From an uncultured Mycoplasma sp. (GTDB taxonomy: Bacteria > Bacillota_I > Bacilli_A > RF39 > UBA660): DNA of 64,000 bases. Shown piece after piece: positions 9,969 to 19,429 of the stretch. The first letter of the stretch is position 1. Every line of letters starts with the position of its first letter. The notes beneath the pieces are model-generated. The model was not told where the DNA came from. It was given only the letters and a program-made list of their open reading frames with translations, and did not search any database. The DNA lies in contig CAMMXG010000001.1 in assembly GCA_946500895.1 (NCBI GenBank), forward strand, positions 705 through 64,704, given 5' to 3'. Both the position numbers and the translations under genes were made by a program.

Positions 9969-11951
9969 TTATATATTTCTATTTTTAATATATTCAACAA
10001 TTGCTTTAACAACCCGTTCATTACCAATTTCACAATTAATACATAGATCATAATTTTCTTTAGCACCCCAAGTTTGATTTGAAATAAGTGCATAATACAT
10101 TGATCTAGATTTCATTGACTTAACAATATTTTTTTCAGCTTCTTGCTTAGAATCTTTATAGTTATGGCGAATATTATTAATTTTATAATCCATTCCTGCA
10201 TATAAGAAAATCTTAATTAATCTTGGATTGTCTTTCAAAATATAATCCGCAGCTCGCCCCACAATAACAGCATCTGTAGTCTTAGCAATTTCTTTAATAA
10301 TGGTAGATTGATGAATAATAGCGTCTTTATTTGCATCTAAAGACAAGAAATTATCATATAAATCTTGCTCACTTAAATTTCGGGTTAACTTATGGTCTAT
10401 GGCAAACTTCATAATTTCTTCTTTATCAAAGAAAGAAACATTTAAAGCTTTAGCTACTTCTTCAGCAATTCTCTTACCATTTGTTCCGTGTTCCCTAGAA
10501 ATACTAATAATGAAATGATAGTCCCCTTCACTCTTTTCATCAGTTGTTTCTAATCCCTTAATTTTACGATTATAAGAATCTTTCAAAATGAATAAAGAAA
10601 TAATTGCAGTAATAACTTCCGCAATTGGGAATGTCCACCAAACAAGACTTGTTACATTACTTGATTTTGTAAATAAATAAGCAATTGGAAAGACAAATAT
10701 TACTAAACGCAACAAAGAAATAATAAGAGGTCTTAAAGCATATCGAATAGATTGTAATACTCCTTGAATAGCAACCGAAACACCCATAAAGATATAACCA
10801 ATACTAGCAATTCTAAGAGCTGTTGTACATACGTCAATAATTTCGGTAGTAGATTCGCCAGCAAGACCAAATAAACTGGATAATGGTCTAGCAAATATTT
10901 CAAAAGCAATAGTAATAATGAAAGTTACAATAATGGTATCAATAATTCCATATTTAATACAATCATCAATTCTCTCTTTATCTTTCATACCATAATTGAA
11001 CGATAAAATAGAAATAATAGTATTCGATAATCCAAAAGCAGAGAATAAGGCAATTTGTTGAACTTTATAATAAATACCAAATGATCCAACTAACACTGTT
11101 GTATTTGTATTAGCAAGTCCTAAAATAGCGTTCATACCAACCATCATTACTGCAAGTAATCCTTGCATGAAAGCAGCAGACATACCAATCGAATAAATTC
11201 CTTTAATTAAACTGAAATCAGGTTTAATATATTTTAAGTTTCCATTAATCTCGTGATTATACTTATAATGGAAAAACATTGCCATCAAAAGTGAAACGAT
11301 TTGACCAATAATGGTTGCCCATGCAGCTCCAGCAACACCCATGCCCATTGGGAAAATAAAAACATAGTCTAAAACAATATTGACTAAAGCACCTGTAATT
11401 TGGGCAATCGTTGAAAGCATCGTTCTACCTGTAGCTTGCAAAAATCTTTCATATACAGTAAAACCTATAGCTCCAATTGAAAAACAAGTACAGATTTGCA
11501 AGTATGTTGTTCCCATTTCTATTACTTCCACATTTACCTGTGCAAATAAAGAAATAAACCATCTTGAACCAAACAAACCAAAAATTAAAAAGATAATATA
11601 AATACAAATACTTAAGAAAATACCATTACCAGCAATTTTATTAACTTTTTCCTGATTATTTTCACCCAAGCTTTTGGATAATAATGAATTTAATCCTACC
11701 CCTGTTCCTACACCTATCGCAATAATTAAAATTTGAATTGGAAATGCTAAAGTAAGTGCTTGATTAGCAATTGCTCCAATCTCTCCCATATTCGTAACAA
11801 AAATACTATCTACCACATTATATAAGGCTTGCAAAACCATGGATATAATCATTGGTAACCCCATCTTCCAAAAAAGTTTCTTCATTGGAAAAGTAGCCAT
11901 TTTGTTCTTTTCATTTTTTTCCATATAAATTCTCCTCTCCTTTAAACGCAA
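9969..11951 (-). CDS. MATE-family efflux transporter fused to C-terminal cytidylate-kinase-like (PF13189-type) domain
   Basis: About 450 aa of 12-TM MATE-like sequence, then a ~200-aa soluble domain starting 'HFIISISREHGTNGKRIAEEVAKALNVSFFDKE' (P-loop-like CMP-kinase-like family). Confidence 0.6.
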   Translation of the reverse strand: MRLKERRIYMEKNEKNKMATFPMKKLFWKMGLPMIISMVLQALYNVVDSIFVTNMGEIGAIANQALTLAFPIQILIIAIGVGTGVGLNSLLSKSLGENNQEKVNKIAGNGIFLSICIYIIFLIFGLFGSRWFISLFAQVNVEVIEMGTTYLQICTCFSIGAIGFTVYERFLQATGRTMLSTIAQITGALVNIVLDYVFIFPMGMGVAGAAWATIIGQIVSLLMAMFFHYKYNHEINGNLKYIKPDFSLIKGIYSIGMSAAFMQGLLAVMMVGMNAILGLANTNTTVLVGSFGIYYKVQQIALFSAFGLSNTIISILSFNYGMKDKERIDDCIKYGIIDTIIVTFIITIAFEIFARPLSSLFGLAGESTTEIIDVCTTALRIASIGYIFMGVSVAIQGVLQSIRYALRPLIISLLRLVIFVFPIAYLFTKSSNVTSLVWWTFPIAEVITAIISLFILKDSYNRKIKGLETTDEKSEGDYHFIISISREHGTNGKRIAEEVAKALNVSFFDKEEIMKFAIDHKLTRNLSEQDLYDNFLSLDANKDAIIHQSTIIKEIAKTTDAVIVGRAADYILKDNPRLIKIFLYAGMDYKINNIRHNYKDSKQEAEKNIVKSMKSRSMYYALISNQTWGAKENYDLCINCEIGNERVVKAIVEYIKNRNI

Positions 11952-12090
11952 AAAAGCGTAAACCCATCATCTGGACTTACGCTTTTCGCTACACGACAAG
12001 TATCATTTTAACACAATTTTTAAAATTATGTAAGAAAAAATTTCTCATTAAATTATATTTTTATTTTCTAAAAATGTTCATCAAAAAAGC

Positions 12091-12585
12091 CTATTTATAT
12101 ATTGTAACATTAACATTTTCACTTCCAACAATTTCTCTTAAATCACCTGGATAATCAATAGATCCAATCTTTGTATAACGATAACTAGTTTGAAAATTAT
12201 CATAAAATAAAACCAAACAATTATTTCCATAAAGCATAATATCACCCATATAAATTTCCTCTACCCGATTAGGATTACTAGGGAATATCTCATCAAAATA
12301 ATAATATTTTTCATTCCCATTTAATTCATTCAATGTTATAGTAAGTGGAAGCCTATTAAGTAGTTCCCTAGTTGTTACATTATCAATTAATGTTGCCACA
12401 TAACTAACTCCGTTAATATCCAACTTAATTGTTAATTCAGAATCATCCATATTACCGCTGTCTCCTTCCAAATTCTCGTTTGTATCCAAAGTTTGCTCGT
12501 CTCTTCCCTTTAAAAAATATATAATTAGTCCAATACTAATTACTAAAAAAATTACAGCTACTAATAAAATAGCTCTCCTTTTCAT
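12091..12585 (-). CDS. secreted/membrane-anchored hypothetical protein (cyclophilin-like-fold family?)
   Basis: N-terminal signal-anchor. C-terminal ~110 aa resemble small cyclophilin-like-fold proteins. Overlaps the upstream gene by 4 nt. Confidence 0.3.
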   Translation of the reverse strand: MKRRAILLVAVIFLVISIGLIIYFLKGRDEQTLDTNENLEGDSGNMDDSELTIKLDINGVSYVATLIDNVTTRELLNRLPLTITLNELNGNEKYYYFDEIFPSNPNRVEEIYMGDIMLYGNNCLVLFYDNFQTSYRYTKIGSIDYPGDLREIVGSENVNVTIYK

Positions 12586-13241
12586 TTCCGACTTTCCTTT
12601 CTATTTACGAAAGAAATAATCCCATAAGTAATAAAAGATAAACCAAATATAATAGCAAATTGTTCTAAATAAAACATAAGTGAGCTTTGATCATAATCAA
12701 AAAATTTAAAATCAGTTAGAAGAAGCATATCGCTCCAATATTGATTTTTAACAAAAGCATAAACCCCAAAAGGAATAATTAAAAAGATCAAAAGATAAAC
12801 GAAATATTCCAAACTAGAATTTTTAAGCTTTTTAAAACTTTTACCAAGCATCATTTTAAAATGTAATCCCAAGTGTATTCCCATAAGAACAAAGCCCCAA
12901 GCAGTAGAAAACAAATGAAGTTGTCTAGCAAAACTCGTTGTTGGAACATTTAGAAACTCAAATACATGAGCTGAAATCAAAACACCACTAATAAATATTC
13001 CTAATATAGCAAAGAGCAACATAAAATTAACAACAATAAACAGTATTTTTGTAAAAGTATATTTTCCTTTCAATAATGTTTTATACCACTTATAATTTAG
13101 AATATGATGAAGAATAAATAACAAGAATAAACATAACCCTAGTATTTCATGATACTCATCACTAATAATATGATACCCCATAAGTATTATAAATAATAGA
13201 AACATAACAAGATCAACAATAATTCTAAGTTTCTTTTTCAA
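12582..13241 (-). CDS. DUF4405-like membrane protein
   Basis: 219 aa, 4-5 TM helices, His-rich 'HHILNYKWY' block. The track starts it at TTG. Confidence 0.4.
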   Translation of the reverse strand: MKKKLRIIVDLVMFLLFIILMGYHIISDEYHEILGLCLFLLFILHHILNYKWYKTLLKGKYTFTKILFIVVNFMLLFAILGIFISGVLISAHVFEFLNVPTTSFARQLHLFSTAWGFVLMGIHLGLHFKMMLGKSFKKLKNSSLEYFVYLLIFLIIPFGVYAFVKNQYWSDMLLLTDFKFFDYDQSSLMFYLEQFAIIFGLSFITYGIISFVNRKESRK

Positions 13242-13258
13242 TTTTTATCACCATCAAA

Positions 13259-13289
13259 ATTATAATATTTAGAGTGCACTCTAAGTCAA
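13259..13289 (-). promoter_or_regulatory. MerR-type promoter: TTGACT-19 bp-TATAAT with perfect palindrome TTAGAGTGCACTCTAA
   Basis: Minus strand TTGACT, spacer TAGAGTGCACTCTAAATAT (19 bp, contains a 16-bp perfect palindrome), then TATAAT. Upstream of the DUF4405 operon. Confidence 0.45.
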
Positions 13290-13664
13290 GCTAAATAATT
13301 CCATTATCTTAGGAACAAAAATAATAAGGCCTACAATCGCTGATGCAACAGCAAAAACAAGCACCGCCCCAGCCGAAACATCTTTGGCAAGCTTTGCCTG
13401 AGGGCTTTTCTCTAAACTAATCATATCTACAACGGTTTCTATAGCTGTATTAAATAATTCAGCTCCAATTACCAAACCAAATAAAATAATACAAATAATC
13501 CATTCTCTCAAATTAATATGAAGAAGAAAACCAAACAAAATAACAAGTGCCATCATAAAAACATGAATCTTCATATTTCTCTCCTTCTTAAAAGATACCC
13601 AAATCCCCTCACCGGCATATTTAAAGCTATGTCCTAAACTTTTAATTTCTTTTTTGTACTTCAT
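13281..13664 (-). CDS. dgkA: diacylglycerol/undecaprenol kinase (DgkA family)
   Basis: 127 aa, three TM helices. N-terminal amphipathic region and conserved 'E..N' block typical of DgkA-family prokaryotic lipid kinases. Confidence 0.6.
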   Translation of the reverse strand: MKYKKEIKSLGHSFKYAGEGIWVSFKKERNMKIHVFMMALVILFGFLLHINLREWIICIILFGLVIGAELFNTAIETVVDMISLEKSPQAKLAKDVSAGAVLVFAVASAIVGLIIFVPKIMELFSLT

Positions 13665-14298
13665 ATAAATTCTCCATTCCCATTCTCTTAACCAATTTAA
13701 TATATAAAATTAAATAAGCAAAACTAATAATATAACCACCAATAATATCACTAAAATGATGTACTCCTAAATAAATTCTACTAAAACCAATAAATAATAT
13801 TAATAAAATAAGAAAAATAATGATTACTTTTTTTAAAATAGAAGGCTTCATATTCTTATCGATTAAATAAATTAAATAGCCATAAAAAGCAAAACTAATC
13901 ATTGCATGTCCAGAAGGAAAACTATATCCACTCTCATCAATTAAAGTTATCGTATCTGGTCTAGAAATCATAAAAATATTTTTTAAAAATAAATTAAAGA
14001 GGGAAACTAAAAAAAGATTAATTCCCATACTAATTCCAACATATTTATTCCTAATAAAAAGTAAACTAATTAAAACGATCCCAATTAAAACGATTGCACT
14101 TCCCATTTGTGTAATAATTTTAAAAAAAGAGATTAAAAAAGGATTTATCAAATAATGGTGAATCTCATCAAATATTTGATAATCAAAAGAAATGAATCTT
14201 CCTTGTAAAACCAAAATACTCCATATAATAAAGAAAATAATAAAAACCACCAAAAGTATCCAACTAAAATCAAACTTTATTTTTTTCATATCCATCAC
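13642..14298 (-). CDS. PAP2-family lipid phosphatase
   Basis: 218 aa membrane protein with 'PSGHA' and 'SRIYLGVHHFSD' phosphatase motifs. Overlaps dgkA by 23 nt. Confidence 0.65.
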   Translation of the reverse strand: MMDMKKIKFDFSWILLVVFIIFFIIWSILVLQGRFISFDYQIFDEIHHYLINPFLISFFKIITQMGSAIVLIGIVLISLLFIRNKYVGISMGINLFLVSLFNLFLKNIFMISRPDTITLIDESGYSFPSGHAMISFAFYGYLIYLIDKNMKPSILKKVIIIFLILLILFIGFSRIYLGVHHFSDIIGGYIISFAYLILYIKLVKRMGMENLYEVQKRN

Positions 14299-14339
14299 AA
14301 ATTTATTGTAACAAAAAAGAAGATTTTCGTAAACCTTCT

Positions 14340-15239
14340 TTAATCAATTTCTATTAATTCATATTCTCTTGAACCAAGTCCAATTTCTTCCGCATAAGGT
14401 AAAATATGACGACCATTTTGTCTTTCTACTCTCTCGATAAAATGAGCTCTACCTGGATCAGTAGAATTCCAAATCATATCAATACAAGCTTGATCAACAG
14501 CAACAGGATCAACACTCGCAAGAATACCAATATCTTTCATACAAGGATCTTCTGGATTTGAATCACAGTCACAATCAACAGACAAATTATTCATCACATC
14601 AATATATAAAATATTTCCTTTCATATAATCACGAACAGCTTTAGCAGCCTCAGCCATAGATTCTAAAAAGGCATTTTGTTCTGGTAACTTATTCCAAAGC
14701 TCTCCAGGATTTCTTGTAGCTCCTGCTGTATGAATATAAGCTTTACCATTACTTGAAGCAACACCAATGGACTGATTTTTAAGTACTCCACCAAATCCTC
14801 CCATCGCATGACCTTTAAAGTGAGCTAAGTTAATCATAAAATCATAATTAGAGAGATTCTTACCTACAATATCCACATCCAAATGTTTACCATTTGCAGG
14901 AATTTCCATTTCCCCGTCTTGATCCATTAAATCAACCGTAGCAATGGCATCAAAACCATGATCATGAATTGCTTTTAAGTGATCTTCAGAAGCCATTCTC
15001 TTACCACCATAAGCGGTATTGCACTCCAAAATATTAGCATTTAACTTTCCAACTAAATCTTTAATCAATTCTGGTTTTAAATAATTATGTCCTCCAGGTT
15101 CTCCAGTTGAAATTTTAACACCTACTTTTCCAGTTACTTCTACTCCTAGTGCCTCATAAATCTTAATTAAAGATTCTGGTGTAATTTCTTTTGTAAAATA
15201 AACTTTTGCTTTTTCCATTATAAATCCTCTCCTATCCAA
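14340..15239 (-). CDS. DUF362-domain protein
   Basis: 299 aa. N-terminal 'VYFTKEITPESL...KISTGEPGGHNYLKPELIK' fits DUF362. Confidence 0.5.
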   Translation of the reverse strand: MDRRGFIMEKAKVYFTKEITPESLIKIYEALGVEVTGKVGVKISTGEPGGHNYLKPELIKDLVGKLNANILECNTAYGGKRMASEDHLKAIHDHGFDAIATVDLMDQDGEMEIPANGKHLDVDIVGKNLSNYDFMINLAHFKGHAMGGFGGVLKNQSIGVASSNGKAYIHTAGATRNPGELWNKLPEQNAFLESMAEAAKAVRDYMKGNILYIDVMNNLSVDCDCDSNPEDPCMKDIGILASVDPVAVDQACIDMIWNSTDPGRAHFIERVERQNGRHILPYAEEIGLGSREYELIEID

Positions 15240-15727
15240 TTTTTAATTTCTTCATCTGATTCATATACATCACTACCCCGAATTAATAAACCCTTTTTTA
15301 TAATCGCTTGGGGAAAATATTTTTTTAAATCTTCTTCACTGTGCCCCATACCACTACCCTCATGAGTACAAAAAGGTTTTATTACTATACCACTTAAATC
15401 AATACTTTCCAAGAAAGTAAAAACTGCCATCGGCATCGTACCCCACCAATTAGGATACCTTAAATAAATTGTATCATAATTACCACTATTTTCTAAATAT
15501 TTTTTTAAGATTGGGCGTAAATGATCTCTAAGCTCCTCCTGAGCGATTCTTGTTGTTTCATAATAATCCACTGGATACTCTTTAATCGTTTCTATTTTAA
15601 ATAAATCGGCACTGGTAAGCTCACTAATCTTTTTAGCAACTACCTCAGTATTTCCAACACTTAAATTTTCAATCCCATTTCTTGTATAGTTTTCTCCATT
15701 CCGTGAAAAATAAGCGACTAATTTCAT
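15218..15727 (-). CDS. flavodoxin-family protein
   Basis: 169 aa. 'LVAYFSRNGENYTRNG' is a flavodoxin-like FMN phosphate-binding loop. Confidence 0.55.
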   Translation of the reverse strand: MKLVAYFSRNGENYTRNGIENLSVGNTEVVAKKISELTSADLFKIETIKEYPVDYYETTRIAQEELRDHLRPILKKYLENSGNYDTIYLRYPNWWGTMPMAVFTFLESIDLSGIVIKPFCTHEGSGMGHSEEDLKKYFPQAIIKKGLLIRGSDVYESDEEIKNWIGEDL

Positions 15728-16086
15728 TTTTCTCCCCTCTTATAATAATCTATCTTATATTCCAATTTTTGATAAGCTTCTTTCATACAATCAATTTTTC
15801 CTTTTAAAGCAACTCTTTCTTTTTCTAAAAGCTTAATTCTTGCTTCTTTTGTATGTTCTCCTTCATCATATAACTGTATATATTTCTTTAAAACAGCAAT
15901 CGATAAACCTGCATTACGCATACACTTAACAAATCCTATTCGATCTAAATCTTCTTTAGAATATTCTCTCATACCACTTTCATTCTTCTTTATCGGACCA
16001 ATTAATCCTTCTTTTTCATAATACCTTAAGGTATCTTTACTCAAATCATAATTACTTGCCACTTCTTGTATAGTTATTTTTACCAC
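15724..16086 (-). CDS. MerR-family transcriptional regulator (NmlR/AdhR-like, single conserved Cys)
   Basis: 120 aa. N-terminal MerR HTH (YYEKEGLI), a coiled-coil dimerisation helix, and a Cys in 'FVKCMRNAGL' positioned like the redox-sensing Cys of AdhR/NmlR. Confidence 0.7.
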   Translation of the reverse strand: MVKITIQEVASNYDLSKDTLRYYEKEGLIGPIKKNESGMREYSKEDLDRIGFVKCMRNAGLSIAVLKKYIQLYDEGEHTKEARIKLLEKERVALKGKIDCMKEAYQKLEYKIDYYKRGEK

Positions 16087-16095
16087 CTCAAGTTA

Positions 16096-16126
16096 ATCAT
16101 ACTACTTAAAGTACACTCCAAGTCAA
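16096..16126 (-). promoter_or_regulatory. MerR-type promoter of the MerR-flavodoxin-DUF362 operon (TTGACT-19 bp-TATGAT)
   Basis: Minus strand TTGACT, spacer TGGAGTGTACTTTAAGTAG (19 bp, same dyad family as 9869 and 13259), then TATGAT. ATG of merR is ~10 nt downstream. Confidence 0.45.
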
Positions 16127-16157
16127 GTGTTTTTTTAAAAGAAAAAAGAGAAATTTA

Positions 16158-18122
16158 CTACAATTCTCCTTTATAAAAATAAATCTTCATAGCATCTTCA
16201 CCATATACAGGCTTAGAAATATCTATGTTCAAAAAATTCGCAATATAATATATTAAATATTGAGAAGCAATTAATAAATCATATTCACATAATATTCCAT
16301 CATATCTACTTTCAATAATGAAATTTTGACTATTTTCTAAATATTTTAATAATTGTTTTTCATATAAACTAGTAGTTTTTTGTTTAAAATAAAAGTTTTT
16401 TTTACTACTCAAGTGTTCATAATTAATAAATCGTCCATGTGAAAAATTTTTCTTTTCATGAATTAAAGAGTTGTATATACCAGATTCAATTATCTTACTT
16501 TCCAAATCAACACAAGCCGATTCTGTAAAATCTCCCATAAAAATATTAAAACTACTCCCAATAGCCAAAAATTCTTTTAACATTTTTCCATTTTCCTTAA
16601 AATAATTGGTAAAGTAATTTTTCCAATAATTTATACTATCTCTAATAAATTCAACAATATCACTATTTACTTTTTCATCAAAATATAATTTCAAAAACAA
16701 ACTTGCCGGAGCTAAAGCACCCTCAAATGATAAAAAGCCCCTTTCTTTTCCTTTATTTACTCCTGAGCGATAAGAAATAATATGTTCTTTAGATATTCCA
16801 GTTTTTGTCACAACTTTTTGTAATTCTCCTTTAGTTATAATATATTTCTTTCCTCCACTAATTAAACTTGTTGCAACACATAAATCGTCAGTCGTTCCAG
16901 AATAAGTAAATAAAAATACTGCCTCTAAACACTTATTATTTCTATAATATAAATCTCTAGGGTACAAAGAAATCGTATTTACCCCATATAATTGATTAAT
17001 AACTTTTGATGCGAATTTTGCCCCAGCAAAAGAACCACCTGTACCAACAAAAATAATATTATTTAAATTATCAAAATTAATTTTAACCAATTTATCATAA
17101 GCTCCACTATTAACAGCATTAATAACTCTTGTTTCTAGATTATTAATATTGATATTGCATCTTTTTATTTGCTTTCTAACCACTAAATCAAAATTATTAC
17201 AAGTACAATTATCCCCAGACTTTTTTATTTTATATAAATTTTGAATATGTCCCCTTGCTCCCATTTTTTTAACAACTTTTTTCGTAAGTTTAGTAGCCTT
17301 ATCAAAAGTAGAATCAATAAATTTATAATCAATAATATAATCATTTTTTATATATTCACTAATAAATACAGCAAAAAAAGCATCTCCTGCACCTGTTGGG
17401 TCAACTTCAACCTCTGGATTAACTAGCGCTTTACTAACTTTATGATGATTAAAAACAAAATCAGATCCTTTGCTTCCTCTCGTAACAATTATCATTTTAG
17501 GTTGTAATAAACCATATACATCTTCTAATAATTTCAAAGAAAATCTATTCTTTAAATATTTTTCTACACGTTCATTCAAGTTTATAATATCAAATTTACC
17601 TTTTATCTTGTTTAATATTTCTTGATTACTCAAACTCTCTAATTCAAAATATTGCCCTAAATCCAACATCTTTTTACTATTACAATTATCAATAATAATT
17701 TGATTTTTATCATTTAAATTATCAAAAACCAAAACATCATCCTCATTAATTTGCTTTAAAATATTATTTACTTCGATTTCACTTTCTAAATACCATCTTT
17801 TTGTATTACAAAAAGGGCATCTTTTCTTAGAAATAAACTCAAGTTTACCATTTGCTTCTTGATAAAGAACGTGAAAAGAGCGAGTATGTATATCTTTCTT
17901 AATTTTGACTCCATCAATATTTACCCCAACATCTTTTAAACTATCAATAGCTACTTTACCTAAAGTATCATCACCACAAACTCCATAAACAGCTGTATTC
18001 AAACCTAACTTAGCAATATTAAAAATGATATTATGTGAGCTCATTCCTCCACTTACTCCTATAAGTTTACCGTTTTTATAATAAAAATCAGTAACCAAAT
18101 CGCCTATACTAATTACCTTCAT
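16158..18122 (-). CDS. PfkB-family carbohydrate/nucleoside kinase fused to SIS (phosphosugar-binding/isomerase) domain
   Basis: 654 aa. N-terminal ribokinase-like region with 'DPTGAGDAF' anion-hole motif. Central SIS-like 'IIFVGTGGSFAGAKFAS'. C-terminal ~130 aa unassigned. Confidence 0.55.
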   Translation of the reverse strand: MKVISIGDLVTDFYYKNGKLIGVSGGMSSHNIIFNIAKLGLNTAVYGVCGDDTLGKVAIDSLKDVGVNIDGVKIKKDIHTRSFHVLYQEANGKLEFISKKRCPFCNTKRWYLESEIEVNNILKQINEDDVLVFDNLNDKNQIIIDNCNSKKMLDLGQYFELESLSNQEILNKIKGKFDIINLNERVEKYLKNRFSLKLLEDVYGLLQPKMIIVTRGSKGSDFVFNHHKVSKALVNPEVEVDPTGAGDAFFAVFISEYIKNDYIIDYKFIDSTFDKATKLTKKVVKKMGARGHIQNLYKIKKSGDNCTCNNFDLVVRKQIKRCNININNLETRVINAVNSGAYDKLVKINFDNLNNIIFVGTGGSFAGAKFASKVINQLYGVNTISLYPRDLYYRNNKCLEAVFLFTYSGTTDDLCVATSLISGGKKYIITKGELQKVVTKTGISKEHIISYRSGVNKGKERGFLSFEGALAPASLFLKLYFDEKVNSDIVEFIRDSINYWKNYFTNYFKENGKMLKEFLAIGSSFNIFMGDFTESACVDLESKIIESGIYNSLIHEKKNFSHGRFINYEHLSSKKNFYFKQKTTSLYEKQLLKYLENSQNFIIESRYDGILCEYDLLIASQYLIYYIANFLNIDISKPVYGEDAMKIYFYKGEL

Positions 18123-19429
18123 TTTTTTATCACCCTTTTTACTAATAGTACTTCACTTTTTGGAGAATAATCTCCATTTTTTATTAAACATTCTAAGATT
18201 TTTCTTCTGTTTAAATCAAAGATTCCTAAAGAATCCTCATATAGATTTTCACTATATCTATCTCTCCAACTATATGGACTAGGAAAATATAAACCCTCTA
18301 TAAAATTAAAGAAATGTCTATAATCAACTGCCCCATGGTTTGGTAAAAACATTTGACTAATTCTATTCACTCCTGGATATCTTACAGCAACTATTTTGTC
18401 AACATCTATGCCTATATCAAAAAAAGTAGTTAAAACTAATTGCATTGTTTTCCCTGTCAATAAATTATCATCTAAAATAATATATTTCTTTTGTTTATCT
18501 ATTCCCAAAAGTTCAATCCCACCAGCCTCAGAAATATCAAAAAATCTTAATTCTAATGACTGTTTTTTAGCATACCCTGTTACATTTCTATTAAATTTCA
18601 ATACAGAAACATCATTCAATCTATTATCAATCGCTTTCATTATAATTGGTAATTCTAAGCCCCCATAGCACACTCCACAAATACCTTTATCAAAAATATT
18701 AGAATCTTTTTGCATAGTCAAATAACAAGTAATAAAATTTTCAGCAAAATTATCTATCTCTCTATACGCTCTAAAATCTTTAGAATAATTGCCTTTATCT
18801 TTGTACTTTGTAAATTCTGCGATAAACTCATTAGTAATTAAAATAACACTTTTAATTAAATTTGTAATATCAACACAATTAATTTTATAACTTTCATTAA
18901 ATGAAATATTTTTCATCAAATCTTCTGTAATTACTAAAGCATGATAAAGTTTATTCAATAACGATTCTTGAATGGATGCCTCTAAATTAACTATTACACT
19001 TTTTAAAATATCATTACTAATAATTTGTTGATTCAACAAAACTAACAAATAATTTCTGATATTATCAATTAAACCTAATATCATTTTAGTATTATTTAAA
19101 TCATTTACATCAAAAAGTTGATTAATTGCTATGAAAGCTTTTGAAAAGAAATCTACATTATTATTTAACCATTCATACACCATTTCCCTAGTAGTTAAAT
19201 CTTCTTGCGTATTTTCGTCATGAAGTCTTTGTGATAAAAAATAGTAATAAGTTTTTGAACCTCTTAATAAAATATTTTCATTATCATACATTGAATAACA
19301 CAGACTAAAATCATTACATATAAGCCATAACTGCTTTAATGGATTATCATCTGGTATTGTAATCCAATCATACATAGGAATTTTAACACTTCCACTCGAA
19401 GAATCAAATACAACTAGAAATTCCATCAA
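18119..19429 (-). CDS. two-domain protein: unassigned N-terminal domain (~250 aa) + type-I phosphoribosyltransferase domain
   Basis: 436 aa. PRPP-binding motif 'KYIILDDNLLTGKTM' near residue 320. 4-nt overlap (ATGA) with the downstream PfkB-SIS gene. Confidence 0.55.
   Translation of the reverse strand: MMEFLVVFDSSSGSVKIPMYDWITIPDDNPLKQLWLICNDFSLCYSMYDNENILLRGSKTYYYFLSQRLHDENTQEDLTTREMVYEWLNNNVDFFSKAFIAINQLFDVNDLNNTKMILGLIDNIRNYLLVLLNQQIISNDILKSVIVNLEASIQESLLNKLYHALVITEDLMKNISFNESYKINCVDITNLIKSVILITNEFIAEFTKYKDKGNYSKDFRAYREIDNFAENFITCYLTMQKDSNIFDKGICGVCYGGLELPIIMKAIDNRLNDVSVLKFNRNVTGYAKKQSLELRFFDISEAGGIELLGIDKQKKYIILDDNLLTGKTMQLVLTTFFDIGIDVDKIVAVRYPGVNRISQMFLPNHGAVDYRHFFNFIEGLYFPSPYSWRDRYSENLYEDSLGIFDLNRRKILECLIKNGDYSPKSEVLLVKRVIKK

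Noticed and set aside
16087-16157. Weak AGAAATTTCT palindrome plus T-run after the PfkB-SIS gene considered as a terminator
   Set aside because: The stem is A/U-only and short, so it is not convincing. The WYL operon may read into the MerR promoter region, or terminate inefficiently.
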